From Amoebidium appalachense (lineage: Eukaryota; Protista; Ichthyosporea), in NCBI GenBank assembly GCA_963693365.1, contig CAVNZM010000002.1, forward strand, positions 8,343,059-8,407,058: DNA of 64,000 bases. Reading direction: 5' to 3'. The position numbers were made by a program, and so were the translations under genes. Position 1 is the stretch's first letter. Each line of letters opens with the position of its first letter. A model generated the notes under the pieces. That model made no database searches. It was given only the letters and a program-made list of their open reading frames with translations, and was not told where the DNA came from. Below, in pieces: positions 18,536-29,318 of the stretch.

Positions 18536-19256
18536 ACACACACACACTCATACCCATCCCCCCCCCCCCCCTCCCCCCCCCCCGTGCGCCCCACTGCCCC
18601 CACCATAGATAGACACACACACACAGCCGTTTATCATTCCGTCATCTCTTTTTGCGTTATTGGCACATAATTGGTCCTCTCTCCCTCCCACCCTTCCCTT
18701 CTCCCTCCTTGCAGCTCCATTGCCCCCAATGCCCCCCCCCCCCCCCCCCCCCCCCCCCTCCCCCCCCCCCCTCCCCCACACACCCCCACCTCCCCCACAC
18801 CTCCCCACCCCTCCCTTGCCTGCTTCAAGCCCCCAAGTCTCATTCATCAACCCACCTCGAGCCAATACCCCACACCACAACATGAGACATCCACCCACCC
18901 ACCATGATCACCCATCTCTTGTATAACAAACACCTTATGTCGGTACCGGTGCCATTCACCCCATTGATCCCCGTCCCGACCCCCCGCCCTCCACCCCACC
19001 CCCTCCTTCCCCTCTCTCCCACACACGACTCTGCAATACCCATGTTCCCCCCCCCCCCGGCCCCCTCCCCCCATCAGTCTCATACGGGGGAAGCTGATGA
19101 CCCAAAAGAGCGGGGGTTTAAGATGACTGAGAAGGCCTGTGGCTCTATCTGACACGTGATAACGAGCTTATCAGTATCAGCTGTGTGGTGTCGAATTCCA
19201 TTGGTGAGAACCATGAGAATGAAGCCATGATGCTTGGATTGGCGTTAAAAAGGGAG

Positions 19257-19325
<69 letters not shown>

Positions 19326-19333
19326 CGTTCGGG

Positions 19334-19412
<79 letters not shown>

Positions 19413-19481
19413 AGAGGGAGAGAGAGGGAGAGAGAGAGGGAGAGAGAGAGAGAGAGGGAGGGAGGGAGGGAGGGAGGGAGA

Positions 19482-19561
<80 letters not shown>

Positions 19562-19710
19562 AAGGGAGAGGGGGAGCGAGGGGGGGGAAGGCCGGGGGAG
19601 AGGGGGGAGCAAGAGGGGTGGGGCAGAAAAATGAGGGTGCCAGGAGAGCGAGAGAGAGAGAAAGAGAAAGAGATGGAGCCACATAGAAAGAGACAGACAG
19701 ACAGAGAGAG

Positions 19711-19712
<2 letters not shown>
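16145..19712. repeat. Segmental duplication, copy B (tandem with copy A)
   Basis: Begins ttgcattcatgtttc..., shared with ~40205, and is collinear with copies A and C. Confidence 0.9.
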
Positions 19713-19807
<95 letters not shown>

Positions 19808-19882
19808 CGTGTGCGTGCTTGCGTCTCTCAGCGCGGGCCATTTTTCTGCCCTGGCCGAAAGCTCCTTCAACCTTGAAATGCC

Positions 19883-19945
19883 TGACGTCATTCGTCATCC
19901 CTTTGGCTCTGGAATGATTGGCCAGCATGCCTGCGCTTTGATTGG
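19883..19945 (-). promoter_or_regulatory. Promoter-like cluster: CRE plus two CCAAT boxes
   Basis: TGACGTCA at 19883-19890; ATTGG (CCAAT on minus) at ~19917 and ~19941, next to the end of duplication copy B. No transcript evidence. Confidence 0.35.
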
Positions 19946-20217
19946 CTAATGACATCGAACGCACTTAAGCTAATCAGAAGAAGGCAGATCGACTAAGGGT
20001 GTTTCTAGATGGCCGTGACTAAGGGTAATAATGGCAATTTGGCACTTGCAACTTTTCTTTTTGGTATCAGCGATCACACGACGTCCGGATCCAAATTCAA
20101 ATTCCAGCTGCAGGGCCGGCGTTTTCAACACTGCGTGATTCCGTCTCATAAATTATTATAGCTATAACCGTGGGTTAAAAGGGGCCCACGGGCCCGGGAT
20201 AGTAGTATTGAACGGGC

Positions 20218-20261
<44 letters not shown>

Positions 20262-20311
20262 ACGCCCCTTTTCTCGGGCTCCCCCCTCCCCCCTTCTCTC
20301 CCCCCCTCCCC

Positions 20312-20348
<37 letters not shown>

Positions 20349-20453
20349 TGAATGGACCTGTTCTTTAAAGCATTTGCACCGTGCATATGTGTACATGTGT
20401 GTTGAGGGTTTGATCTCGGTACATGTGCATAGTATCTCTATCTATGTATGATA

Positions 20454-20650
20454 TCGCACACATCGATTCAGTCGCACACATCGATTCAGTCGCACACATC
20501 GATTCAGTCGCACACATCGATTCAGTCGCACACATCGATTCAGTCGCACACATCGATTCAGTCGCACACATCGATTCAGTCGCACACATCGATTCAGTCG
20601 CACACATCGATTCAGTCGCACACATCGATTCAGTCGCACACATCGATTCA
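20454..20650 (+). repeat. 11 x 18-bp tandem monomers (GTCGCACACATCGATTCA) at the LINE 5' end
   Basis: Perfect repeats; ~1.7 units of the same monomer end LINE copy 2 at 54080-54110. Confidence 0.95.
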
Positions 20651-20755
20651 AATGTCGCTCTTTATTATCTGCTAATAAATAGTATCCTTCGCGCATCCAC
20701 CCCTAAACCAGGCCATCCGTGGCCCTAAGGGCCGGGGAACACCCCCATCCATGTC

Positions 20756-21175
20756 ATGGCACATGCCTATAATCGTTTCAGAACCTCTTTCAAAGTTCCA
20801 TCTACACCCATCACACATGTGCGACCATTAAAACGTCCAGCAGATACACCTACCACAGATGCACAACCAGAAAAACATCGCCTTAGACTAAGCGCAACAC
20901 CTATTTACAATACACTACCCATTCAGAATAACACCACACCACTCCGTAGAAACACAATAACAACCATGCCGAAACTTTCGGTTGATACAGTACTGGCAGA
21001 ACTTGCCCTCGTTAAGAAACAGCTAAATGAGCTGTTACCACTCAAGAACATGATAGAAAAACTCCAAACAGAAAATACCCAACTCAAGCTCACCATTGAT
21101 TCACTCACAGCCCAGCTAAACATTAGTGGATCGCAAAACCCCAAAACTCATGAGCAAACATCTCGCGACGGAGAC
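20756..21175 (+). pseudogene. LINE ORF1, N-terminal part (disrupted by LTR insertion)
   Basis: Identical to residues 1-140 of the intact 394-aa ORF1 at 53974-52790; heptad/coiled-coil segment LAELALVKKQLNELLPLKNMIEKLQTENTQLKLTIDSL. Confidence 0.92.
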
Positions 21176-21894
21176 TGACATATACTAATCCGTCTCAGCA
21201 GATTAGCCTAAGTCTACGATCGAGATCGGGGGGGGGGGGGGGGGGGGGGGGGTGGCCCGGGTCCACAGATCATCAAGATCAAGTCCGGGGCCTCAAGATA
21301 GCTGTACAGCTGCGTGCATCTTGCCTCTGCCGGCGCAGGGCATTGGACCACGTCAGCCGGGACAGCCGTCCAATAGAATTCTAATTAGTGTGTAGGATAG
21401 ATCGTAGGAGGACTTAGGAATGTCATTGTTCGGGCAGAAGCCCTTTTGTAAGGATTGGCAAGGTTTGATAGTATATGTTGCCAAACGTATTTATATATTT
21501 AGATGTAGAGGAAAGGGGGGGAGGGAGGGGGGGGGAGGATAGTATGAAATGTAGATTTAGACTCTGCGGTGCCACTAGGGGGAGGGTGAGGGGTGAGACT
21601 TGGATAAATATATTAGTTGAGTAGATCGACTTAGCTCGTGCAGGCGCACGATAAAAGTAGATCGGAATGTTAATGGAATGTGGCATCGTAGGGGGCCAGG
21701 TGATGATGATCTTGTAGGGCACGGCCTTGATGGCCTCAGTCGTAACTTAGACTCAATCCGTACGGATCTAAGTTTGCCCGTCGGAGCCTGGTCTTAATAA
21801 ACTTTACCGTTTTTCTGTACACGTTCGTTCCTTTTCGTGTGTGTACACTTAGTAGAGTGCCGCGTCTCTAGTACCCATACATTAGGATACGACA
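21176..21894 (+). repeat. 5' LTR
   Basis: TGACATATAC...GGATACGACA, with AATAAA near 21797. By eye it differs from the 3' LTR only in a G-run length and one substitution (taccc/tacac). Confidence 0.95.
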
Positions 21895-21901
21895 AGCTAC
21901 A

Positions 21902-22022
21902 TCGGAGCCTGGTCTTAATAAACTTTACCGTTTTTCTGTACACGTTCGTTCCTTTTCGTGTGTGTACACTTAGTAGAGTGCCGCGTCTCTAGTACCCATA
22001 CATTAGGATACGACAAGCTACA
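21902..22022 (+). repeat. 121-bp tandem duplication of the LTR 3' end plus 7 nt of leader
   Basis: 21781-21901 is repeated at 21902-22022 (tcggagcctgg...gatacgacaagctaca). Confidence 0.92.
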
Positions 22023-22104
22023 CCTTTCTTTTAGTGCGGTTTTTCGCGCTAGGGTAACGCGGTGACAGTTCCTTCTGGGCTGTTGCTACACCTCATACAC
22101 ACAG

Positions 22105-22135
<31 letters not shown>

Positions 22136-22166
22136 AACATAAACACAACCACCCGAACACCACACA

Positions 22167-23502
22167 ATGGCTAAGTTTAACGTAGACATGTTCTACGCAT
22201 TGGCAGCGGAGGATAGCTCCCTGCACACACAGGTACCACAGGTTCATACACTAGACGTTAGACAGACCACAGCTTTCAGTTTTACACTCAAACACGACTC
22301 GGAAATACCTAGGTGGCTTAGGACACTCCTAGCTAACACACCCACACTAGTGTTAGACACAAAGAAGGCCCCCACTGTGGCGGCCTCGTGCTTAATGATC
22401 AAACAGTGCATCGACCACAAAACAATGGCCGACTTATGCACCCTGATGGAGGAGCACCCGTACCGGGCCGAGCAGGCCCCCCAGGTGACGGCTCGTATAT
22501 ACGAGCAGCAGTACGACGAGGGGAGGGACGAGATGGTGTCCCGGACACTCGGCCAGAAACGTCTGGCCGCACGGTTCATCCCCGACGACGAGGACGAGAA
22601 CAGCACCGACGACGTGGACGGGGAGCTCGAGGCCTTCACACGGCCGGAAAACGAGCTCGAGTATACGGCCCGGCTCGTCGGCCGATACCTGACGGCCGAC
22701 CGGCGCCGTACCTTCCGGGCCCAGCTCAGAGAATGGAAGTATACCTTTCCCACTTTAGATATGTCCCCCGTAGAAGCTCGTGCATTCTTTGAGAGGGAAT
22801 ATCGGGTCTTTGAAGACCTTTGCGAGTTAGCTGGTGACGTGAGTGATAGGGAAAAATTCGAGTTTGCTCGTAAGGCTCTCTCTGTAAACACAGACACTGC
22901 ACGCATGTTTGGGGAGCATGATGATGTAGATGAGGTGGTGTTGCATGTTAAACGTCACTTGCTTGCCATGCACGAGGTGAAGTTCAATAAGAGGGATAAA
23001 AAGGAGGTGATGGAAGTAGACAAGAAAAAGAAGGAGAGTGGACCGAAGGGGGAAAAAGAGAAAAAAGAGGGTGAACAGCCAGATGCACTCACCATGTTGG
23101 TCAAGCAGGTTGCCGAGCTCTCCCAGGCCGTCTTCTCTGGCCGAGGGGGCTTCGGCTTCCGGGGTGGCCGTGGCGGCGACCGGGGTGGACACGGCGGTCG
23201 TGGCCGAGGTGGACGTGGAGGACAACAGCAGCAGTTCACCGAGAGGTTTGCCCCTTATCTTGCTCGTGGTGGTGGGCAGGGTAGAGGGAGGGGTGGAAAT
23301 GGTGGTGAGAGAGGCCGAGGGGGGCAGGGGGGAAGGGGGGGGCCGTGGTGCACACGGTGGGCCCCCCCAGCATGACCGGGCTCCCGGTTATGCTTTGCGC
23401 CAAGGTTTTGAAGTCCCCCCTGGCCCCTTCTTTGGGGCATGTTACTTTTGTGGCCGGCAAGGGCACTCTGCTGCATATTGCCGTAGTTACAAGAGCTATT
23501 GA
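22167..23502 (+). CDS. gag: Gag with RGG-rich nucleocapsid and CCHC zinc knuckle (frameshift at a G-run near 23340)
   Basis: 402-aa ORF 22167-23375 has an RGG-rich tail. The overlapping frame carries CYFCGRQGHSAAYC (CX2CX4HX4C) and ends at TGA 23500-23502. Confidence 0.85.
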
Positions 23503-23744
23503 GTTCCGGGGGAGGGGGAAGCTGGGGTCACTGAGGGAGGGGGGGGGGACAGTGGCGGTCCCCCCCAGGTTGCAGAGAACCTTCACCCTCCCCCACCCCA
23601 GGTTAAGCTTCCCTTTGCCCCCTCACCGCCCCGATACGTGTGGGAGCCGGGCATCGTCGTGGGTCCTCAAGACAGCGTCGAGGTGGTATGGCATGAATGT
23701 TTGTGGGGTGACTCTACCAAAGGTATGAATGGTGTTAATGTTTT

Positions 23745-24719
23745 GTGGTTGGGGGAGGTTCCCCAGCCACAAGTGGATGGTCTCAGTGTTTCTTGTCCCA
23801 ACCCGGTGTTTATTCTAACCACACCGGAGGGGGTTTCTGTGCCATTGTTTCCGGGAGGGGGGGGGGACACACACGAGTAAAGGGGGAAGGGGGGGGGAAG
23901 GCACAGACACGTCGGAACATACCACCACAACAACATACGACGGTTGCAGACACACCTACACCCACACACACACACACACATACACCAAACACACACACAC
24001 CACCCACCCACACACCACACACACACACTCCACCACCACCCACATCACATACACACCCCACCCCACCCGTGCAGGCACCACAGGTAGGTATGTTGCACGT
24101 AGGTATCGAGGGTGTGAGTCTTCGTGGGCAGGGATTGGGTGTGAGTGATGATGTGTTGCTTGAATTGGAGGAGGATTTAGTTGGTTTTAGCCGGCATTAT
24201 ATAGACGTATGGTTAGCTGATGGTAAGTTGAAGGCTGTTGCTTTGCTCGATGGAGGGGCTCAGGTTAATTGTGTGCATGCTTCGTTTATTCGTCGTTTTA
24301 ATCAGGCCGGGGGGGAAATTCCTATTTTAGATGCTTCTAGCACAGCCTTAGGTAGTGCTAATAATAGTAGTATGTCTGTGGAAGGTGTTTGTGTGTTGCC
24401 GTGTGAGATAGGTGGCCAGGCTATGCATATTGCTTGTTATGTGGTTAAGGATTTAGCTCAAAGTGTTTTGTTGGGAGCCCCATTTTTCCGTAGACATGTG
24501 AATGCTTTGCTCTTATTACCCAAAAGGAGGATGCCGGCTCGAAGGGTGACTCAGGAGGAGGGGGAACAACTTTATTTAACGTTAGCCACCAAAACGTCAC
24601 CCGACACGATGGGGGGGGGGACCGGGACAGCACCGGTCCCACTCCCCCGACCCCCAAGAGGAAGGAGGGTCACCCCGGGTGTGAGAATGTGCAGGCAGGG
24701 GGGGAGGGTGTTGGTTTAA
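23745..24719 (+). CDS. Retroviral-type aspartic protease region
   Basis: ALLDGGAQVNCV active-site motif and downstream VLLGAPFF motif; frame changes on both sides coincide with G homopolymers. Confidence 0.85.
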   Translation: MVGGGSPATSGWSQCFLSQPGVYSNHTGGGFCAIVSGRGGGHTRVKGEGGGKAQTRRNIPPQQHTTVADTPTPTHTHTHTPNTHTPPTHTPHTHTPPPPTSHTHPTPPVQAPQVGMLHVGIEGVSLRGQGLGVSDDVLLELEEDLVGFSRHYIDVWLADGKLKAVALLDGGAQVNCVHASFIRRFNQAGGEIPILDASSTALGSANNSSMSVEGVCVLPCEIGGQAMHIACYVVKDLAQSVLLGAPFFRRHVNALLLLPKRRMPARRVTQEEGEQLYLTLATKTSPDTMGGGTGTAPVPLPRPPRGRRVTPGVRMCRQGGRVLV

Positions 24720-27700
24720 CCCGTGGATCTGACGGGTTAACCAACACCGTGGGGGGCAGGGTGGCCACAGACCTGGCCCCCCACATACATGCACTAACTC
24801 ATCAGGAATTGCCCGGGGGCATTGGTGTGCCGGGGGGAGGGGGGGGTGCTAAGGGTGACCGCCTATATCCGGAGGTACCTCAACCTCACCCCGAGCAGCA
24901 CCGATGTAATACAGGAGGTGAAATGTTAAGTGGCACTCCGGTGAATAAGGATGCATCCACTTGTGATGGGGGTAACCCGGAGTTAGTATTGCCGTTTGGT
25001 ATGAAGGAGGGGGATTGGACGGTAGAACAGAAAAAATTGCTAGCTAAGTTATTTGATAGGACTCGGTTTGCATTTCTGGCCGATGATAACGAAGTAGGCT
25101 TCGTTAAAGGGTTTGAAATGCAGATCGACACAGGTGATAATAGGCCGGTAGTGATGCCTAGCTATAGAATGGAGCAGTATAAATTGTCGGATGCGCTAAT
25201 AATAGTGAGTGATATGTTAAAAAAGGGTCATGTGGAGCATAGTTCGAGTCCGTGGAGAAGTCCGGTGCTATTGGTTAAGAAGCCCGACGGGTCTTGGCGC
25301 CTAGTGAACGATTACAGGGCTCTGAATCGGATCACTAAGGCAGACCAATGGCCTCTCCCTAACATAGACGAGCAGCTTTCACAGCTGCACGGCTATACTC
25401 ACTTTGCTAAACTTGATTTAAAAGCAGCTTTTTGGCAGATAAGGTTGGAGGAGAGCAGCAAGGAGAAGACTGCCTTTGCACTGGGTGACCAGCTGTTCCA
25501 GTACAAGGTGGTGCCGATGGGTTTGCTCTCCTCTCCAGCTATGTTGTGCCGGGTAATGTATAAAATTCTCCACCCTCATTTGGATGTATGCCACCCTTAT
25601 TTGGATGATGTTTTAATTAAAGGTAGGTCATTTGAGGAGTTAGTTAATAATTGTGAAAAAGTATTTTTAGCTTTGGGTGAGTCTGGTCTTCGTATTAGCG
25701 GTAGCAAGACTGTGATTGGTGTGCCGGAGGTTAAGTTTTTAGGTCATATTGTGTCTAGTAATGGTCTTTCCCCTGATCCGGAGAAAATCCGGGCCATAGT
25801 TGAGTGGCCCCGTCCTCAGACTGTCACTCAACTAAGGCAATTTTTAGGTTTAACTAATTATCTTCGTCGTTATATTAAGGACTATAGTATGCTTGCTTTG
25901 CCGTTAACTAGTCAGACGGGGGGGGAGAAGAAGAATAGAATAGATTGGAATGTTGATGCTGTTTCTGCTTTCGAAAAGCTTAAGTTAGCTTTGCAGTCTT
26001 CGAGTATGCTTGTTCATCCTGATTTTTCGGCCGGGGGGGGGATGTTTAAAGTTCGGTGCGATGCAAGTAAGGTTGCTGAGGGGGCCGTGTTATATCAAGT
26101 GCAGGAGGGGCAGGATAGAGTGATTGCTTATGCTAGTCGTTCATTTAGTAAAAGTGAACGTAGATATAGCAATCCGGAGAGAGAGTCCCATGCTATCTTT
26201 TGGGCAGTCTCACAGGCATGGAGGTATATACTCGCAGGCAGGACGTTTGAGGTCTACACCGACCACAAGCCCTGCCTAGCCATGGCCGGCACCACTCGTC
26301 TGGTCAACGAGAGGATGCAGAAGTGGGCCGCGGCTCTCGGTGAGTTCTCCTATAAATTGTTTTATGCCAAGGGTGAAACAATGGTCGACTGTGATGCTCT
26401 CTCTCGTGCTGCTTATATTTTGTTTGAAGAAGAGAAGGAGGGGGAGGGGGGGGATAGTGAGAGACGGGGGGGGGAGGGGGGGAAGGGGGGGGCGAGTGAG
26501 CAGAAAGGAATAGATGCTGTGTCTGTGGATGTGTCTTCTTGGGTTCCGGGGTTGCTTGCTTATAAGTGTAGGAGAGGGGGGGGGAGGTATTTGTCGGTGT
26601 CTGAGGTCGGGACCGAGTCTCATGGCTCGGCCCCTGCCTTAGCACCTACGGCTTTGATCTTAGCTCAGGAGGAAGATGTGTTGATTGGTCTGGTTAAGAA
26701 TTATTTAAAGGGGCCGGTTGATTCGATTAAATTTACAAATAAAAGGCAGATGATTAAGGTAGCTAAGTTAGCAAAAATGTGTCAGGTAGAGCAGGATTTA
26801 GTTTATCATTGTTCTGGGCCAGACGGACACCGAGTTTGGGTCCCGACGGCACTTGTGCCTGAGGTTTTGCATATGGTGCATGAGCATCCCATGGCTGGTC
26901 ATTTAGGTGTAAATAGGACGTTGCTTCGTGTTAATCGTTCGTATTTTTGGCCGGGTATGAGTAGGGAGGTGAGGGATTATGTGTTGTCATGCATGCATTG
27001 TCAGGAAAGGAATGAGAGTCCCCACTCTCGTTCCCGCCCGTCGTTTATTAGGGATTTTAATGTTCGTATGTTTGAAAGGGTAGCAGTGGATGTGGTCGGT
27101 CCTTTTAATTTTACGGTTGAGGGTAACACTGTTCTTGTTACCGTCACCGATGTGGCCACTCGTTGGGTTGAAGTTTTTCCTCTCCCCACTGCTAATGCCG
27201 TTTTGTTTGCTCGTATTTTTGTGGATGAAATTTGTCTTAGGTTTGGTTGTCCTCGTGTTTTGTTAACGGATAGGAGTCGTGTGTTTTTAAATCAGTTGGT
27301 GTCGGAGGTGTGTAAAATTTTAAGGGTAGCTCATATCACTACGTCTGCATATCACCCTCAAGCAAATGCCATCTCTGAACGTGTGCATGCAGTGTTTCAG
27401 AAGTCCTTTGGCAAAATGGTGGATGTGGAGGCTAATGATTGGGATCATATGTCTAGGTTTATTGCTCATTCATATAATTCTACCCCTCATGCTGTGACTG
27501 GTTTTTCTCCGTTTTATTTGGTCTATGGGCAGGAGGCTATTAGTTTGTTAGATACGGCACTTTTGCCGATGGGGGGGGCTGACCGACTAACTTATCCCCA
27601 CTGGACTGAGTTCCGGGAGCAGCTACTAACCCGGGCCCGGGCTGCACGTGATGCAGCTCTGGCCCGTACACAGCAGGCACAGGCACGTACAGACGTGTCC

Positions 27701-28402
27701 ACACGTCCGTTACGTGAATTTGCCGAGGGTACTTTAGTTTTAATTAGGGATCATACTAGGAAGAAGAGATATAAGCAGGAGCAGGAAGGTAAGGGTGAAG
27801 GTGAAGGTCTTCGTAAGTATGGTAAGAAATGGTTGCCTCTTTTTATCGGTCCGTATAAAATAGTGGCTAGGTTAGGTCCGACGGAATATAAGGTGCAGAG
27901 GTTAGATAATGAGAGTGATGTTAGATTTTATAATGTAGATGATATAAAGGAATATTATGATAGGGCCCTTAGGGTTAAACGGCCGGAGGGCCGTCGAGTG
28001 TTAGATGCATTCACCCCCGACTATGACGGGTCGGTGGATGTATCGGAGGCTGCAGTAGATAAAATTATGGATAAAAAGGTTATCGAAGGTAAGGAAGGTA
28101 AGGTAAATTATTATTTAATTCGTTTTGAGGGAGGTTATCAGGAAGATCAGTGGTTGCCTGAGTTTCATTTGGATTGCCCGTTTTCTATTCGTGCTTATGA
28201 GGCTAGATTAGTGCAGAGGGAGTTGCCTAGTGCTCCCTCTCGGCCAAAGAGAGTTATTCCTCAGTTTAATCGTGGTGTGAAAAAGTCGGTGGGGGAGGGG
28301 GCCGGGGGGGGGAGTGATGCAAATACACGTAGACACAGGGGGGGAGGGGGAGGGAGGGGGAGGAGACCGAGGAGGAGTGTGAACGTAGTCGTAGGAATTT
28401 AA
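24689..28402 (+). CDS. pol: Pol: reverse transcriptase, RNase H, integrase, chromodomain
   Basis: SPVLLVKKPDGSWRLVNDYRALN, YLDD, CDAS...YTDHKP, HEHPMAGH...CMHC, AVDVV...TDRS...E, GPYKI, and C-terminal VDKIMDKK...YLIRFEG...DQWLPE chromodomain. Confidence 0.96.
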   Translation: MQAGGEGVGLTRGSDGLTNTVGGRVATDLAPHIHALTHQELPGGIGVPGGGGGAKGDRLYPEVPQPHPEQHRCNTGGEMLSGTPVNKDASTCDGGNPELVLPFGMKEGDWTVEQKKLLAKLFDRTRFAFLADDNEVGFVKGFEMQIDTGDNRPVVMPSYRMEQYKLSDALIIVSDMLKKGHVEHSSSPWRSPVLLVKKPDGSWRLVNDYRALNRITKADQWPLPNIDEQLSQLHGYTHFAKLDLKAAFWQIRLEESSKEKTAFALGDQLFQYKVVPMGLLSSPAMLCRVMYKILHPHLDVCHPYLDDVLIKGRSFEELVNNCEKVFLALGESGLRISGSKTVIGVPEVKFLGHIVSSNGLSPDPEKIRAIVEWPRPQTVTQLRQFLGLTNYLRRYIKDYSMLALPLTSQTGGEKKNRIDWNVDAVSAFEKLKLALQSSSMLVHPDFSAGGGMFKVRCDASKVAEGAVLYQVQEGQDRVIAYASRSFSKSERRYSNPERESHAIFWAVSQAWRYILAGRTFEVYTDHKPCLAMAGTTRLVNERMQKWAAALGEFSYKLFYAKGETMVDCDALSRAAYILFEEEKEGEGGDSERRGGEGGKGGASEQKGIDAVSVDVSSWVPGLLAYKCRRGGGRYLSVSEVGTESHGSAPALAPTALILAQEEDVLIGLVKNYLKGPVDSIKFTNKRQMIKVAKLAKMCQVEQDLVYHCSGPDGHRVWVPTALVPEVLHMVHEHPMAGHLGVNRTLLRVNRSYFWPGMSREVRDYVLSCMHCQERNESPHSRSRPSFIRDFNVRMFERVAVDVVGPFNFTVEGNTVLVTVTDVATRWVEVFPLPTANAVLFARIFVDEICLRFGCPRVLLTDRSRVFLNQLVSEVCKILRVAHITTSAYHPQANAISERVHAVFQKSFGKMVDVEANDWDHMSRFIAHSYNSTPHAVTGFSPFYLVYGQEAISLLDTALLPMGGADRLTYPHWTEFREQLLTRARAARDAALARTQQAQARTDVSTRPLREFAEGTLVLIRDHTRKKRYKQEQEGKGEGEGLRKYGKKWLPLFIGPYKIVARLGPTEYKVQRLDNESDVRFYNVDDIKEYYDRALRVKRPEGRRVLDAFTPDYDGSVDVSEAAVDKIMDKKVIEGKEGKVNYYLIRFEGGYQEDQWLPEFHLDCPFSIRAYEARLVQRELPSAPSRPKRVIPQFNRGVKKSVGEGAGGGSDANTRRHRGGGGGRGRRPRRSVNVVVGI

Positions 28403-28584
28403 TTTATTATCATAGGTGTCTCCGTAGGTATCAAGCTTATGGTGTAGATTAATTTATTATTTTTCTTCGTAATTTATTTAATTTAATTTTTTTTAGGAGA
28501 CTGATTAGTCTATGTCTTTTTAGGGGGTGTTAGATGTAATGTGACTGAGGTGGGACTCAGCTTTTCCGGGGGCCGGGGGGGAGT

Positions 28585-28635
28585 TGACATATACTAATCC
28601 GTCTCAGCAGATTAGCCTAAGTCTACGATCGAGAT

Positions 28636-28672
<37 letters not shown>

Positions 28673-29313
28673 GGCCCGGGTCCACAGATCATCAAGATCA
28701 AGTCCGGGGCCTCAAGATAGCTGTACAGCTGCGTGCATCTTGCCTCTGCCGGCGCAGGGCATTGGACCACGTCAGCCGGGACAGCCGTCCAATAGAATTC
28801 TAATTAGTGTGTAGGATAGATCGTAGGAGGACTTAGGAATGTCATTGTTCGGGCAGAAGCCCTTTTGTAAGGATTGGCAAGGTTTGATAGTATATGTTGC
28901 CAAACGTATTTATATATTTAGATGTAGAGGAAAGGGGGGGAGGGAGGGGGGGGGAGGATAGTATGAAATGTAGATTTAGACTCTGCGGTGCCACTAGGGG
29001 GAGGGTGAGGGGTGAGACTTGGATAAATATATTAGTTGAGTAGATCGACTTAGCTCGTGCAGGCGCACGATAAAAGTAGATCGGAATGTTAATGGAATGT
29101 GGCATCGTAGGGGGCCAGGTGATGATGATCTTGTAGGGCACGGCCTTGATGGCCTCAGTCGTAACTTAGACTCAATCCGTACGGATCTAAGTTTGCCCGT
29201 CGGAGCCTGGTCTTAATAAACTTTACCGTTTTTCTGTACACGTTCGTTCCTTTTCGTGTGTGTACACTTAGTAGAGTGCCGCGTCTCTAGTACACATACA
29301 TTAGGATACGACA
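28585..29313 (+). repeat. 3' LTR
   Basis: Near-identical to 21176-21894 and followed by TSD GAGAC. Confidence 0.95.
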
Positions 29314-29318
29314 GAGAC

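Larger units (their letters stand above)
21176..29313 (+). mobile_element. Ty3/Gypsy LTR retrotransposon with chromodomain (chromovirus-like)
   Basis: TG...CA LTRs, 5-bp TSD GAGAC (21171-21175 and 29314-29318), G-rich PPT at ~28566-28584, domain order gag-PR-RT-RH-IN-chromo. Confidence 0.96.

Noticed and set aside
20454-20650. CRISPR-like array
   Set aside because: Perfect head-to-tail 18-mers with no spacers and no cas genes; the array lies inside the LINE TSD.
23330-24720. Three programmed frameshifts in gag-pol
   Set aside because: Each frame change coincides with a long G homopolymer, so sequencing or slippage indels are more likely.
29256-29318. N-terminus of the 275-aa ORF as a new fusion gene
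   Set aside because: Chance in-frame read from the 3' LTR into split ORF1, starting at a non-ATG codon.
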